Position numbers and translations under genes: made by a program
Shown here: one piece after another, positions 37,646 through 50,763 of the stretch
Numbering within the stretch: position 1 is the first letter of the stretch
How the letters are laid out: every line of letters starts with the position of its first letter
Origin: Paraspadella gotoi
Lineage: Eukaryota; Animalia; Chaetognatha
DNA: 64,000 nt
NCBI GenBank assembly: GCA_051294375.1
Contig: JBJCIZ010000744.1
Span: 438,264 to 502,263, forward strand
Direction of reading: 5' to 3'
The notes under the pieces: model-generated
What the model saw: only the letters and a program-made list of their open reading frames with translations
The model's database searches: none
Told to the model about the DNA's origin: nothing

Positions 37646-39127
37646 GCATTTGGATCAGACTCTTGAGACTAAACGTTTGGACTTCTGAGCTTTTATATAA
37701 TCAGTCCGTGAATAATTTTAACAGTTCGTGTTTTAAAATGATTGTTAGTATTAGTATTGTCTGATATAGATATTACAGTTGCTCATTGGCAAGAGCAATT
37801 GAAATATCTATATGCTTTAATAATTTTATTAAGATACCCATTAAATATCAAGACCCCAAGTGGATAAGAAACTTATAAACATTACGGGCGCCCCCGATCT
37901 TCAGTACGGTTTCTCTCCTGACACGACATTGATTTTATCATGGGAAAAAAATATATACATATTCAGGTTAGGATTGCAATCCCTTTTCGCATAATTTTAT
38001 GATTAAAGGGGTTAACGTTAGAATAATTAAGTAATTTTTTTTTTAATAAATATTTTTTAAATAGCCAAAACCTCGGTTGGCGAAAGTAAAATTTTTCCTC
38101 TTAAACGTTTTAGGAGGATTGACGGCGGGTCCTAACAAACCACGAAAATAATATTTAATTATTGAATAAAAATATTTAAAAAAGTCTCTTACCTAAGCCT
38201 CAGGAAAATAATAAATTTCAACGAAAAAAAAATGCATAAATGGTAAAATGAAGTCGAAATACGGATTATGCGTTGAAGTTTACAGTTTGAAGTTTTTTCC
38301 TGAAATAAAAACGAGAAACAACAATATTATGCATTCGGTGAATTGAAAGTGAAGCGATTGTTATGGTAATTGGTTAACATTTAAAAATAAAAAAAAGTTA
38401 GAAGTTGAATTTTCGGGAAAAAAAATGGCGTCATATACTGCTCGCGTGGGTTGCTACTTTATTTTTCCTTTGGTTGCGCACCCTGGTGAGAAAAAACCAT
38501 CCAGCTCCTCCTGCTGCTCCTGCCGCAGTTTTTTTCCACATGCTCACATGTCCGCTGCCGTTTTAACGAGTTGCTTGACTTTGTCTCCCGATCTCTTCTT
38601 CTTTTTCATTCTTTTTTATCTTCCCCTTATTTGTTCTCGTTTATTGTTGACATAAGTTATTTTTGCAACCATTCTGCATTATTTGTTTGCTCTGTTTTCT
38701 TTTCAGAAAAAAAAAAAAAAAGTTTTAACGAAATCAGACAGAAAAAAAAAAACAGAAAAAAAACAGAAAAATTTCAGTTAAATGTCATTCTTAAATATTT
38801 TATTTAATTAACAATCTCGTTAGCCTTCGTCTCATGATTTCCGCAGTTTGGCCTCATTTTTCCGGCTTTTCTGTTTGATTTTCGCAATTCGTGTCATAAA
38901 TGCCTTTATAATTTATTTCTTTTTTTCATTGTAAATGTAGTTCGATGATTTGTATTTCCCGGCTTCCTATCCAATTTATTCGATTTATGAGCAGATATTT
39001 TGCGCCGTATTTCTCATTTGAATTGCTCATGCTAAATATGAAAATATTTCATGATTTTCTATTTTCTATTTTATGTATTTCCGGATCCGCTTATCATCAT
39101 GATTTTGCTTCTAATTTTAACTCCAGC

Positions 39128-42100
39128 ATGGAGGACGTGTTCGATGCCGAAACTCGTCGGAGCAAAGGTCAAGAACTGACCCGGAAACGAACCTGGATGC
39201 GAACCCGGATGCGAACCGGAAGCGAACCCGGAACGCGGCGTCGACGTCGAATAGAAAAACGAAGACGACTCCCAAACGGTCGCAGCCTTCGATCAAGGAC
39301 ATGTTCTCCACCGTCTCTTCAGCTAAAATAGAAAAGCGCAAGAACTCGAACGAAAAGGACTCTCCTCGGAATCCCGACCTGACAAGCGGCTCAAGACGGA
39401 GCGGCGGACGACTCGGAACACGCCAAGCCGGCCGTCAAGGCTCCCGACGTCTCCGCCAACGCTGCAACGGCTCGGACAGCCGCGGAGCCGCAGCCGCGCG
39501 CGAAGAAGATCGACAAGGTTCCCCCGAAAAGATGCACGAGTGTCGACAAATCGTCGACGGGGAAACCCGCAGCTGAGGATGATGGAGAACGAACCCGCGG
39601 AAGGAGTGGATGAGGTCGTCGCTTGACGACGAGCGATTGGAGGTTCGAGGGGGGGATTGGAAGAGAATGGGTTTATGGGTGCGTTTAGAGTTGTTAATAT
39701 AATGATGATGTTTTTTAATTAAAACTATTTTGACTTTTTTTTTTTCGATTTTGAACTTTGCAGCGAGATAAGGTTAAAACTTGAATGCTTACAAGCTTTT
39801 GAAAATGAATAATTTTATTATTCTGTTATTAAAGTGCAATTAAGCATCATTTTAAACATATTCAAAGGGACTTTTACAGATCTGACCAAATCTTCCCAAT
39901 CAACCAATCTTTCCCCATCTCCTTTTACAGTTGGAAGGCTTGGAATGCGACGAGCGGATGACTTCCTCATGACGGCCTACAGCAGTCTTCGACAAGAACA
40001 ACCACTTGGTCGACTTCTCGGCCGGACTCGTCGCAGAGGAACGTGGAGATCTTCGTCAAGCGGGATGCGTCAACCCGCCTCGCTGGAACCCGCGTCCGCC
40101 GATGCGGCGTCCCCGTGGTCCGAGTCGGTTCCCGTTAACGACATGGTGGATCACGGATTCGATAGGAATTCCAAGGTTTTTAAAAAAGAGGGGGTGGAAT
40201 GAACATTAGGCGTAGTAAAATTTCTACATTTAACTTTAATTAATTCTAAAAGTGAGGAACGAACAAGATTATACTAATGAACATTTATGTAATAATATTC
40301 TAGATAATTTTACAATTTTTACGCAGTAGGCCATATACTAGTACTAAACCAATAAAATGTTAATATTTCAAAACAGTTTTTTTCTAAGATTTTTTTTGCA
40401 GATTTGGATTCGTCATAAAAGTTGGTAAAAAGAAATATAAGTCTTTTAAAAAAAATTCCTTCATTAAGTGGGTCAAAATTAAAAAAAGCTATATTTTAAG
40501 CTGAAAATTAATTTTTTATATATTAAATATAGTTTTTTTAATTTTTAACCCACTTAATGAAAGAATTTTTAAAAATGATTTATATTTTTCTTTTATCAAC
40601 TTTTGACGAGGAATTCAAATCTGCAATCAAAATTAAGAAAAGCCTATTTTGAAATTTTTCGATTTTAAAAGGATAATACTATATATAAATATAGCCTAAT
40701 GCGAAAATTAAAAAATATAAAATTAATTTTTTTATAAATTAATGTTCACTGATGGTATGTTATTCATAATTGACTTTTAGAATTTTCGTATGTAACTTTC
40801 ACTACGCCTTAATGAACATAAACGTTGAAGGAAATGTTGATTTGGCGTTTTAACGTTTTAACTTTAAATTTCATATCATTTGTGGGCTTTTTAGACTCAT
40901 AAGCTTATTGGATTTAGGGGCTTAATAAATTTAAATTGGTACAGGTAAAAACATCCTGAAAATTATTAATTTTTATTAAATAACTTGGCTATCTCGTCCC
41001 CAGTCTTCGGACACTGGACAGACTTTTTAACCAAAATTTTCCTGTAAGTGTAATTACATAGTGTTTTTGTACCAATTTCAAAAAGACATTCTTCATAGGT
41101 TTTTTGAAAATTCAATGCTTTAAGCGAATGGTTTATTCATTTCAAACCCCCTTCCCCAGGTAACCGTTGGATTAACCACCATGTACGGAGATTACTACCT
41201 TCAAGAACCTCACGAAGAGTACTCCCGCTTATTTTCACTCTCTCCGAGAAGATCTTTCTTTCAAAATACACCATCGAGTTCTTAGTGGAAAAACGACGCG
41301 GCCACCTACGAAGATCTTCTCGATTTCATCCAGACCATTGCGCCCGCCAGAGGGCGTCAAACCTTTCACCGAGGATGTCATCTTGAGACACGCCCAGTTC
41401 ATCGTCGATCAGATCGCCTCTTACGACGCGGCCGTTGAAGAGGACGACGACGACCCGCTGCTCGCCGTCCCGTGCGTCAAGACGCTGATCACTCTGGCCG
41501 GCATCAAACTGAGCAAAAGGAAGAAGTTGGTGATGGCATCAAAGCTCCAAAGCAAAAAGACCACACGACAACCATGAGGGCGACGACAACGCCTCTCGTC
41601 CACGAAGTCTTTGACAGAATTTTCGGCCACATTCTCGAAGGCGGGAAAGCTCCGTCCAAGAGGAACCGGGCCCGACGTTGCAACACTTGCGACGCCTGCA
41701 ACGCTCCAGACTGCGGTGATTGCGCCACTTGCAAGGATATGCGTAAATTTGGCGGAACAGGAAGGATGAAGCAGTGTTGCGTGATACGACGCTGCCCGAA
41801 CGCAGTCGTCTCCGGTTTGGACGACGGAGCTCTCAGCGAGGAAGAAGATTCCGAGGAGGTCTTCTGCCCACGAGGACGCCGACGCCGACCACGCCTGGAG
41901 AAAAAACGGCGTCGCGGGTCGGGCAGAAGGTGGCGAGTTCATTGGGGCGCCCCTGGCGGAAGAAAGAGAAGAGGATTATTTGTCGTGTCGCGATCGGCGA
42001 TGCCAAGTTCCAAGTTGGCGACTTGTCAAAGTTGTCAACCCCGACGAAAACGCCAGCAAAAACGCCATCGTGGTCAAGATTGTGGCACTTTTCGAGGAAG

Positions 42101-45100
42101 ATGGCGAACAAATGATGCATGGGGAGACATTTATTTACTCGGAGGAGACCATCCTCGGTTGCGTGACCGGCGACGAGGCTGACCGCGAGGCAAGGATGCC
42201 AGTTTGAAGAACGAGTTGTTCGCGTCGGACGAGTGCGACGATTACCCCATGTGTGACATTCTCAAAAAGATTTCTGTGCTTCGTAAGACCATGTCGGAGA
42301 GTTGGTTCGATGAAGGCGGAATCGCTGCTCCGGCACCCTTGGACACTGACTATCAGTACTTCTACGAAAAATGGTACGATCGGGAGACGGCGCGGTTCGA
42401 AGATCTTCCGGTGAAGTCGTTGGCTTCTCCGCCTTTTTGTCGTTGTTGTGACAAGTCGAAGGAAAATCGTTTTGATGTCCACGCCACGTCCGTCTTCTCC
42501 GATCAAGGATGATCAGAATGCTTTGAATCCGCATTTCAAGTCATTCGATTTTTCTAGGCAAAACCTTTCGTCTCGGTGATTCCGTCTTTCTATTGCCATC
42601 TGCCTTTAGTTTTGATGCCAAACCCGCTCCGACACCAAACCGTCGGCGCCTAAAATTGACGTCCTCGATGACCCTAAACCTATCCCGAGGCTTACCGAAA
42701 GTCGAGCCACGTCAAAGGATCGAATTTGACCTGTCCCGAGCCGTATAGAATCGCCAGAATAATTTCTTATCTTCCGCAAAGGATCTAACAGCGTCAAAGT
42801 CAAAGTTGGGAAAATTTTATCGACAGAAAATACGCATCGAGGAATCGTCGCCTCGTACGAGGCCAATTGTAATTTGTTATATTGGAGCGAAAAAACGGTG
42901 ACTATTGAAGCGAGGATGTTGTCGACAAGTGTCATGTCAAGTACGTCGCTGACTTGGATTCGTTCAACGTCGATGACTGGTTTCTTAAAAACAAAGACGC
43001 CTTTTATTTCACGAGCGTTTACAATGCGGCAACGAAGGAGATGGAGCCACTCAAACGTTTGCCCTCCAACTTAGAAAGTAAAGGAGGAAAAGGGGGTAAG
43101 GTTAAGGGAAAAGGAAAAGTGTCAGTTTCGGACGAACCCATCCGACATTCGCGTTCGAGAAGATCCAACGATTCCCTCGATGCCCGATCGACCTTTGAAG
43201 TGCCTCGACATATTTTCGGGTGCGGCGGTCTCTCAGAAGGACTCCATCAGGCGGGGCCGTTGCCGAGTCATGGTGGGCAATTGAAAAAGTCGAAAGTGCG
43301 GCCAAGGCTTATAAAAGAAATAATCCCAGATGTATAGTTTTTGACGAAGATTGCAATCTTCTTCTCAAGATAGTCATGGAAGGAGAAACCGAGGTACAAT
43401 AGACAGAACTTGCCTCTAAAGGGTCAGGTGGAACTTTTATGTGGCGGCCCGCCGTGTCAAAGGGTTTAGCGGAATGAACCGTTTCAAATTCCAGAGAGTA
43501 TTCCGCCTTCAAGAATTCCCTCGTGGTCACGTATTTGTCTTATTGTGACTACTACAGACCCAAATTTTTTATCCTAGAAAATGTTCGTAATTTCGTATCG
43601 TTTAAAGGAGGTATGGTTCTAAAATTAGCCTCGCTGTTTGGTCAGCATGGGATATCCAATGCACATTTGGTGTGCTTCAGGCCGGAACTTATGGCGTTTC
43701 CCAAACACGCCGTCGCGCCATTCTACTTGGCCGCTGCTCCCGGCGAGGTACTTCCCGTCTACCCGGAACCCACTCATACCTTTTCCCTCAAGGCCTTTCC
43801 CTTAGCGTGACCATCGACAATCGACGCTATGAAACGACGCTGAAACGATTGCAAAGTGCCCCCTATCGCACCGTCACAGTCAGGGATGCAATGCGGAGAC
43901 CTGCCAGAAATCTGCAACGGCGCCAAAAAAGAGCTGATGGATTACGGAACGGAGCCCATCTCTCATTTTCAACGTTTGATTCGCCGCGGGACGGAGGGTC
44001 GACTCTACGATCACATCTGCAAGGAAATGTCGCCACTCGTGGAGGCGAGGATACGTTACATTCCACTCGCGCCCGGGTCAGACTGGCGCGATCTACCGAA
44101 CATCACAATGACCCTAAGCGACGGAAGCAGTGTCTCGTTTTACGGTACACGCACAAGGACGCCAAAAACGCAAAGGTCCCGATGGTGCACTTAGGTAAAA
44201 TGATTTTTTTTTAATGTATTTTAAATAACTAATGATGATGTAGCTAGTGGATTAATCTTTATTTTTAAACTTTGATTCTTATTCACTTATATTTTATTTT
44301 TATCATCGCTCAGTAACTCATAAAAACAATATGGTAAAAAAAATAAGCGAGGCTGTTCAATTGTTCATAAGAAGATATCTTGAAAAGCCATTGTAATCCT
44401 CAATACCGGTTAAACTACACGAAAAGGAAGTAAATTGGGAATTCCAACATATTTTAAGATTGGAATTTCCAACATATTTTAAGATTGGGATTTTTGCGAT
44501 TAAATTGCCGTAAGTTGTAATTATCATGAGAGGAATTCTAATCGACGCCCAATTTAAAATCAGGTTTTTATTTGACGTTAATTTTTAACTTTTTTGAATC
44601 AGCTTTTTAACCTTTTAAAACCTGAAATTCTACGATGATATTAATGTCTCATTCGTTCGTGTTTTCCAGAGGCGTCTGCTCTTGCGCGGAAGGCGCCAAC
44701 AAAAAGTGCTCTCCCGAATTCCGTCAAAACAACACGTTGATCCCTTGGTGCCTCCGCACACGGGCAATCGCCACAACAATGGGCGGGCCTCTACGGCCGC
44801 GTCGAGTGGGACGGCTTTTTCTCCACCACCATCACTAACCCGGAGCCCATGGGCAAACAGGGTAGAGTCCTTCACCCGATCAGACCCGCGTTGTGTCAGT
44901 TCGCGAATATGCGCCGCTCTCAGGGATTTCCCGATACGTACAAGTTTTTCGGGAACGTGCTGGATAAGCACCGCCAGGTCGGCAACGCCGTCCCGCCGCC
45001 CATGGCGCGGGCTATCGGACTGGAGATCCGGCGCGCCATCTGCGAAAAGGCAAGGCGGAACGGCTTCGTCGACAGCGTCGTGGAAAATAAGACGGCGGCG

Positions 45101-45182
45101 CCGAAGTTCGAGAAGGTGGACAATGAAAGACTGAAGTTTGAGGGAGATCGGAAATCGATCCGTCGGAGCGTGCTCCTCGTGA
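39128..45182 (+). pseudogene. DNMT1: Second full-length DNMT1 copy (exons 39128-39642, 39931-40175, 41160-44194, 44670-45182) with dozens of frameshifting 1-nt indels; likely an unpolished allele or duplicate rather than a decayed pseudogene
   Basis: All splice sites and all domains are present. Differences from the intact copy are mostly single-base indels, many in homopolymers, with very few substitutions. Confidence 0.8.
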
Positions 45183-45577
45183 CTTTTTTGTATGTTTGTA
45201 ATTTGATTTTATACCATTTGGTACGTAAATTTGAATGTTTTTATTAAATATATTTTTATATTTATTCGTGCACTAGTTGTTTATTAGTTAGGTTTTCTTT
45301 TCTGTCTTTGAGATGATTGACAGATATTAACAGTTAACATTATTTGATAAGATTACGGTTTGGAATCCTTTGTACCCTTTGAATCAAAAACTTTGCACTC
45401 AAAGATGACTCTGCACTTGATTTAGTCATTTAAATTTAAAGTTTTTCCCGCAGGAATTACTCAAGTTATGAGAAATCCCTATGTAGTTCCTCAAGGCTAA
45501 ATATAGTAAACATACCGGCGCGATGAGGCATACGATTAATTAAGGTGTGCAAAAATTGTCAGAGGAAGAACAATTGT

Positions 45578-48475
45578 TTTTTAGTCGGATCTGCTTATAA
45601 GACACAATGAAAAATGGCGTAACGTTACTGTTCCGTGCATAAAAAAAATTTACTGTTCAATATTATTATATTTCTTTTTATTTTTTTGAAAACGTTATAG
45701 TTTCATATATTGATATCCAAAATATCAATGCAAAATCTTTTTTTTGTTTTTAGATATGACTGAATATAGGGTGAAAGATGAAAAATTTTTTTAAAAAGTT
45801 ACTTATTCATATTTATTCATAGAATTATAATAAAAAAAAAAATTAATAGTACTAATAGTTAGTGTTATGTCTCAAATAGATGGAAAAAAAACCTCATTTA
45901 AAAATTCGATCGGAAGTGGGGTAACTAAGGCTTACCAATGGCATCCTCCACGCCGATTGTTCTCTCAAATAATTTTTTTTATTTAATACATTTGAAAGGG
46001 AAAAAAAGAAAATTTGAAATGCAGGTTGCAGAAAGTACAGATAATCTGGACTTTTTGACATGATAACCATGACCTTTTATTCTTGTGAAATGGGGGCAGT
46101 AAAGAAATTTAAAAAATTTATCATTAAGTCAGTCAATGACCCTTTCCAATGGGCTATTACGAGAAATATTTTTTTTTAATTAAATGGATGATAAATAATA
46201 ATATTAAATTCCTTGCTATATTTAAAAAAAAATTATCAATACAATTTAACACAATGATGTTTTGCTTTGTCAAATATTTACAGCTATATAATTTTTTACA
46301 ACTTTATTATGATAAACAAGCAGTTTGTCAAGCTTTTAGTTTGCAGCTAAAGATAATGAAAAATGACGATTTTTTCACAAACAAGAAGTAGATGTCCAGA
46401 CTGTTTATATCAAGCTGAAAACATTTTTGTATTTATCATTTTTAATATTTAAAAATACATTTTATCAAGCAACAACATAAATTTTTGCTTGTTTTTTACT
46501 TTAACTGAAAAATATAAGCAATTTTATGGAATAAAGAAAATTTAATAATAAACAAAATGTAATTCAGTCTTTCCTTTTTCAATTACAAAAGAAAAAGAAA
46601 AAATTTCATATGCTTTCATTGAAATTTTTAAAGCAAAAAACTGTTATACCTTTTAACTCTGATTTAAACAAAAGCTGTGTAAAGATTTTATGATTTAATT
46701 AATTAAAACTCTTTTAGAAAGGTGTCCCATGATTAGGGCTTTAATTTGTTACCACATCCACCTTGCTACCTCTTTTCTTTCAAAGTTATTTAAAAAATAT
46801 TTTTTTTTAAATTACGCAGTACAATTTTTGTTAAATAAAAATTTGGCAAAGCGGAGTATCTCACTTAATTTCTATTGGTACAATACTTAAATTTCAAAAT
46901 AAAACTTGAAGAAAATTTTTTTATCATTTAGAGACATATCACTTTCAGATGTACCCATTGTATAATAATTTATTTATTTATTTCCCCTAAAAAAGCCTAA
47001 TTAGAAAAGTTGAAATTTTTTTAAATTGTTGGAAAAAAATTTTTGTCCGACTATGCTCATTGAGAATAATAGTTTTGCATAGAAAATCAAAATATCAAAA
47101 AAATAAAAAAATCAGCCTCTAGAAAAATCGAAAGGCTAGAGGCTGATTTTTTTAGAATTGCAAAAATTTTTTCCTGAGCTCATAATCCATTATTCTCAAG
47201 TTTCAATATTTTTTTCCAAATCATTCAGATCAATTTTTTTTTATTAATTTAAAATGTTTTTATGATGTTGTTTTTGTTTGAAAGAATTAAAAAAAATGAA
47301 AAATATAGTAATTATATAAGGTTTTGAAATACCTTTAAAATATTAAATAATTAGACACAAGGGGAGTAAGCAGAGAAAACTTCCCATTCATAAAAAAAAT
47401 TAAAAATGAATTTGTCATATTGTTATTTAGATTAATTAATTATTTATAAACAAATGATTCATATAAATTGAGAAATGATGGGTAAAAAATATTCATCTTG
47501 GTCTCGGTTAACTATTAAGTTATCGTTAAAGTTTTGTTTAATAATATTAATATTTTTTTTGCATTTAATAAAAGCAATGGTCTAAATTTTGTAAGCGTTT
47601 CGAGCTATATTGCTTCATCTTTTACTATTTTTGATCTAGTTAGCTTTTTTGTTGATGGTCAAGGTTATGGTCAGATACAGTAATGTCCAGTAGTGTATAT
47701 CGCACATATTACCAAAAGTAATGATCAATTAATTTGGGCTCAGAAACAATTTTAAAGGGATAAATCAGCACGAGACCGTTTCGCCACGTTATTTTCATTG
47801 TGTCATAAGCAGATCCCGACTCTATTTGTCGGTCTGTCGGTCCGCCCTTCAATCTTGAGGGGATTCATTTATATCATGTCAGAACATCAAATTATGATAA
47901 AAACGATGTTCGTCCGTCTGTCTGTCTGTCCGTCCATCCACCTTAGCAAAAAAATTAATTACTCGTGATTGATGGATGGATTGGAATGAAATTTTGTGTG
48001 TGGGTAGGGAAGTGTGTGATTGAGCGGATAAAAGTTTCGAAGGAATCGTCCGAGTAGAAATGAGTTTAAATGGAAAAAAAACAAAAAAATATATTTCATT
48101 ATTTGAACACCAATTACTCATGAGTGGATGGGGCGATTGATTTAAAATTTTGTATTCGGGTAAAAAAGTTCGCGATTAAACTNNNNNNNNNNNNNNNNNN
48201 NNNNNNNCTGGAAATCAAGTTTCGATGGAATCGTTTAAGTGGAAATGGGTTTTAATGGAAAAAACAAAGAACCTATTTTGCTAATTGATTATGCTTCTTT
48301 TTCTTTTTATTTTAAATGAATCAGTGAATTAATCAATTAATTAATTAATAATTAATTAATCAGTCAATAAATCTTTAAAAAAATTAAAAAATTAATTAAC
48401 TTTAATTAATTATTAATTAATTAATTACCGATAATGATCGTGGGCAGATCCGACATTGTTTGCTCAAACTTGTTT
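45578..48475 (+). mobile_element. HINE family 1 element with both termini (contains nested TIR element and a 25-N gap)
   Basis: 5' subTIR GTCGGATCTGC 45584-45594; 3' subTIR GCAGATCCGAC 48444-48454; terminal stem-loop GTTTG-CT-CAAAC followed by TTGTTT. Confidence 0.75.
45601..47804. mobile_element. Duplicate of the nested 2.2 kb TIR element with ATAA TSD
   Basis: ATAA|GACACAATGAAAAA ... TTTTCATTGTGTC|ATAA. Confidence 0.8.
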
Positions 48476-48720
48476 AATGAATGTTTTGAAAATTGCAAAA
48501 ATTACTTGTTTTACTATATTAAACGAAATTTTAAAACATTATTACTTAAAAAAATTCAATAGATTACATAATATATTTATACTATAATGGGGATAGGCAG
48601 GTGAGTGTTTGAAGTAAAGGAAAAACGAGGTTAAAAATACTTTTCTGACCTAGTTTTTTTTAAAAAAAAGCCGTACAGAGAATTAAGGTTGGGTCATTTG
48701 TTACTGTTAATACTGTTATA

Positions 48721-48852
48721 CTCGAAAAAACAGACCTAAGCATATATCAAAAATATTTTATATAAGTAAGGGATTCAAATTGGCTAAAATTTGTTTTCAG
48801 GGCGTCCCAATATAAAATAGTTTTGATATATGCTTAGGTCTGTTTTTTCGAG
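48721..48852. mobile_element. 132-bp MITE with ~42-bp TIRs and TA target duplication (Tc1/mariner-type)
   Basis: TA|CTCGAAAAAACAGACCTAAGCATATATCAAAA...TTTTGATATATGCTTAGGTCTGTTTTTTCGAG|TA. Confidence 0.8.
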
Positions 48853-48949
48853 TAATTTTTAATAAATTTTTTTTTCAGTTCGCTGTTTGAGATAAGCGGA
48901 AAGGAATAAGATTTTTTATTGGCAACAACGATAATTAATTTTAATTTGG

Positions 48950-48984
48950 GACATGTTTCAACTCTGATTGCGAGTCTTCTTCAG
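48950..48984 (-). ncRNA. Solo minimal hammerhead ribozyme core of the same family
   Basis: The minus strand reads CUGAAGA-A-GACUC-GCAAUCA-GAGUU-GAAA-CAUGUC: a different loop, with stem II kept via a G-U pair. Stem I is not evident. Confidence 0.55.
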
Positions 48985-49721
48985 AGCTTTTTACAATTTG
49001 TGATTTCACAATATTTTTATTCCAAAAGTGTGTGTGTGAGAGAGAGAGAGAGGTAGTTTCTTGATGTTAAAATTTTTTTTATTCAATTTTTATACACAAT
49101 GTCTATTCAATTGCCAAATTCGACATCTTTTTATATTATTGTCTTTGTCCGTCACTCATTTAATGCGATATGTTATTTTAAAATATTTAACATATTTTAA
49201 CATATCCATTACCAATCAAGCGAGATTTATTTGGTTAGTGACTCAATCTGTACCAATCCTTGGTTCGTCATCCTTCCAAGCCCAAATTCCGACTTCATAT
49301 TTCAAACGAATGTTGAAAACATTTAGCCAATCCTGTTTTTTTAACGATAAGAATCTGCCACTTAAACATCCTTTCGAATTAGGCAATTCCAAGAAATTCC
49401 ATAATTATTATTTTAAAGTTTACGTATATACGATTCCTCGTTGCACGCTAAATCTCGAAGAACAAAACGACAACGAATTTTTTATTTTTACATGCGTAGA
49501 TGTTTTATCGCTCTCATTTGACTAAAAAAATTAAAATTGATACATAGTCGGAAAAAAACAATACGGCGAAAAAAATAGAATTAAAACTTTTATCATAACC
49601 GATTCTAAAGTTCAGTTTATTTCCAGCTGCTTTAACGAGATTAACTGCGTGTCAATAATAGAACGAGTTCATCGAAAAAGAAATTTAAGGCTGACGAAGC
49701 AAAAAAAACCTACTACCTCGA

Positions 49722-49795
49722 GCGGCGGCGAGGTATAAAAACCATTCTCGCTCACCGAAAAGATTTCTCAAAGAAAAGAAAACGATGTGGATGAG
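49722..49795 (+). promoter_or_regulatory. Candidate TATA-box core promoter of the TRAF gene
   Basis: GCGGCGGCGAGG-TATAAAA (TATA 49734-49740), 62 bp upstream of the first in-frame ATG (49796); in-frame stop at 49736. Confidence 0.4.
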
Positions 49796-50009
49796 ATGCT
49801 TTACGATGCCTGCAGAGTTTCGTCTATCCAGGACCCATCGGGGTATCCTCTGGAAATGCTCGAGGATGCCTCCGACTTGGCCCTGGTACAGTGCGGAATA
49901 TGTAAGGGTATCTTGAAAGAACCGCTCCAAGTTACTTGCGGCCATCACTTCTGCGGGGAATGTTTTCGACATTTGCTGGGAAATGCTCGACGAGAAGACG
50001 CCCTCGATG
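49796..50009 (+). CDS. TNF receptor-associated factor (TRAF2/3-like), coding exon 1: N-terminal part of RING finger
   Basis: SGYPLEML...CGICKGILKEPLQVTCGHHFCGEC is a TRAF-type C3HC4 RING; G|GTAAGG donor, phase 1. Confidence 0.9.
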
Positions 50010-50763
50010 GTAAGGACAAAGGAGCGATAACAACTTTAGATTTACGTAAATGGGTCGGTGCTCATCTTTGACTTCGTATATGTTGGGAAATGTTTCGGGG
50101 ATAAGTTCCAACTTTTCAGAGAAAAAAATCATTTAAAAACGCCTGGCGTTCTGATTTTGACAGTGTAGTGTTTCAGCAAAATCAATTTAAAAACATTAAA
50201 AACGTGTTAGGTGTAAGCTGCTAACTTAAAAGAAGTAAACAAAAAAGTAGTAATTTTGAAAATGTTTATAGTAAAGTTTGCACTTACGGTAGCTTTATTT
50301 ACATATTTAATCTCATAATTTTGGTTACAAGTTTAACGTAAGTATTATCATTTTATAAATTATAGGTTATATTTTCCGTTAATTTCTATCTAAATTTGTC
50401 ACATCCTAATAGTTAAGAATTTGTTCATACATATTAAAAAATAAATTTAAGTATTTCCTAAAAATATTTATTATAGATGATAAAAAAGCAATATCCATCG
50501 TATGTAAACTTTATGAAAAGGGGGGAAAAAAAAACAGTAGCAGCATTTGATTTAACATACTTCTCTGTGACTAATTTTTAAAAGGGGAAAAAAAAAACAG
50601 TAGCAGCATTTGATTTAACATACTTCTCTGTGACTAATTTAACATACTTCTCTGTGACTAATTTTTAAATTCTCCGACCGGGATTTTGCGATCGGTTATT
50701 TGTTTTCCGCTTAGTATAGAGTATAGAAATCTTTTTAGGTAAAAATGAAAAAAAATTTAAAAA

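Larger units (their letters stand above)
38721..48097 (+). repeat. About 9.4 kb direct duplication of the DNMT1 locus (matches 25381-37645 once the gap overlap is collapsed)
   Basis: Homology starts AGTTTTAACGAAA (38721 vs 25381) and ends AAAAAAATATATTTC (48097 vs 37645). Includes introns, 3' flank and the nested transposon. Confidence 0.95.

Noticed and set aside
41338-45247. Many short DNMT1-fragment ORFs as programmed frameshifting or RNA editing
   Set aside because: Indels are scattered and homopolymer-biased, and also occur in introns, as expected for long-read error.
34705-49796. Functional linkage between DNMT1 and TRAF as a gene cluster
   Set aside because: Adjacency alone; no shared regulatory or structural evidence in the sequence.
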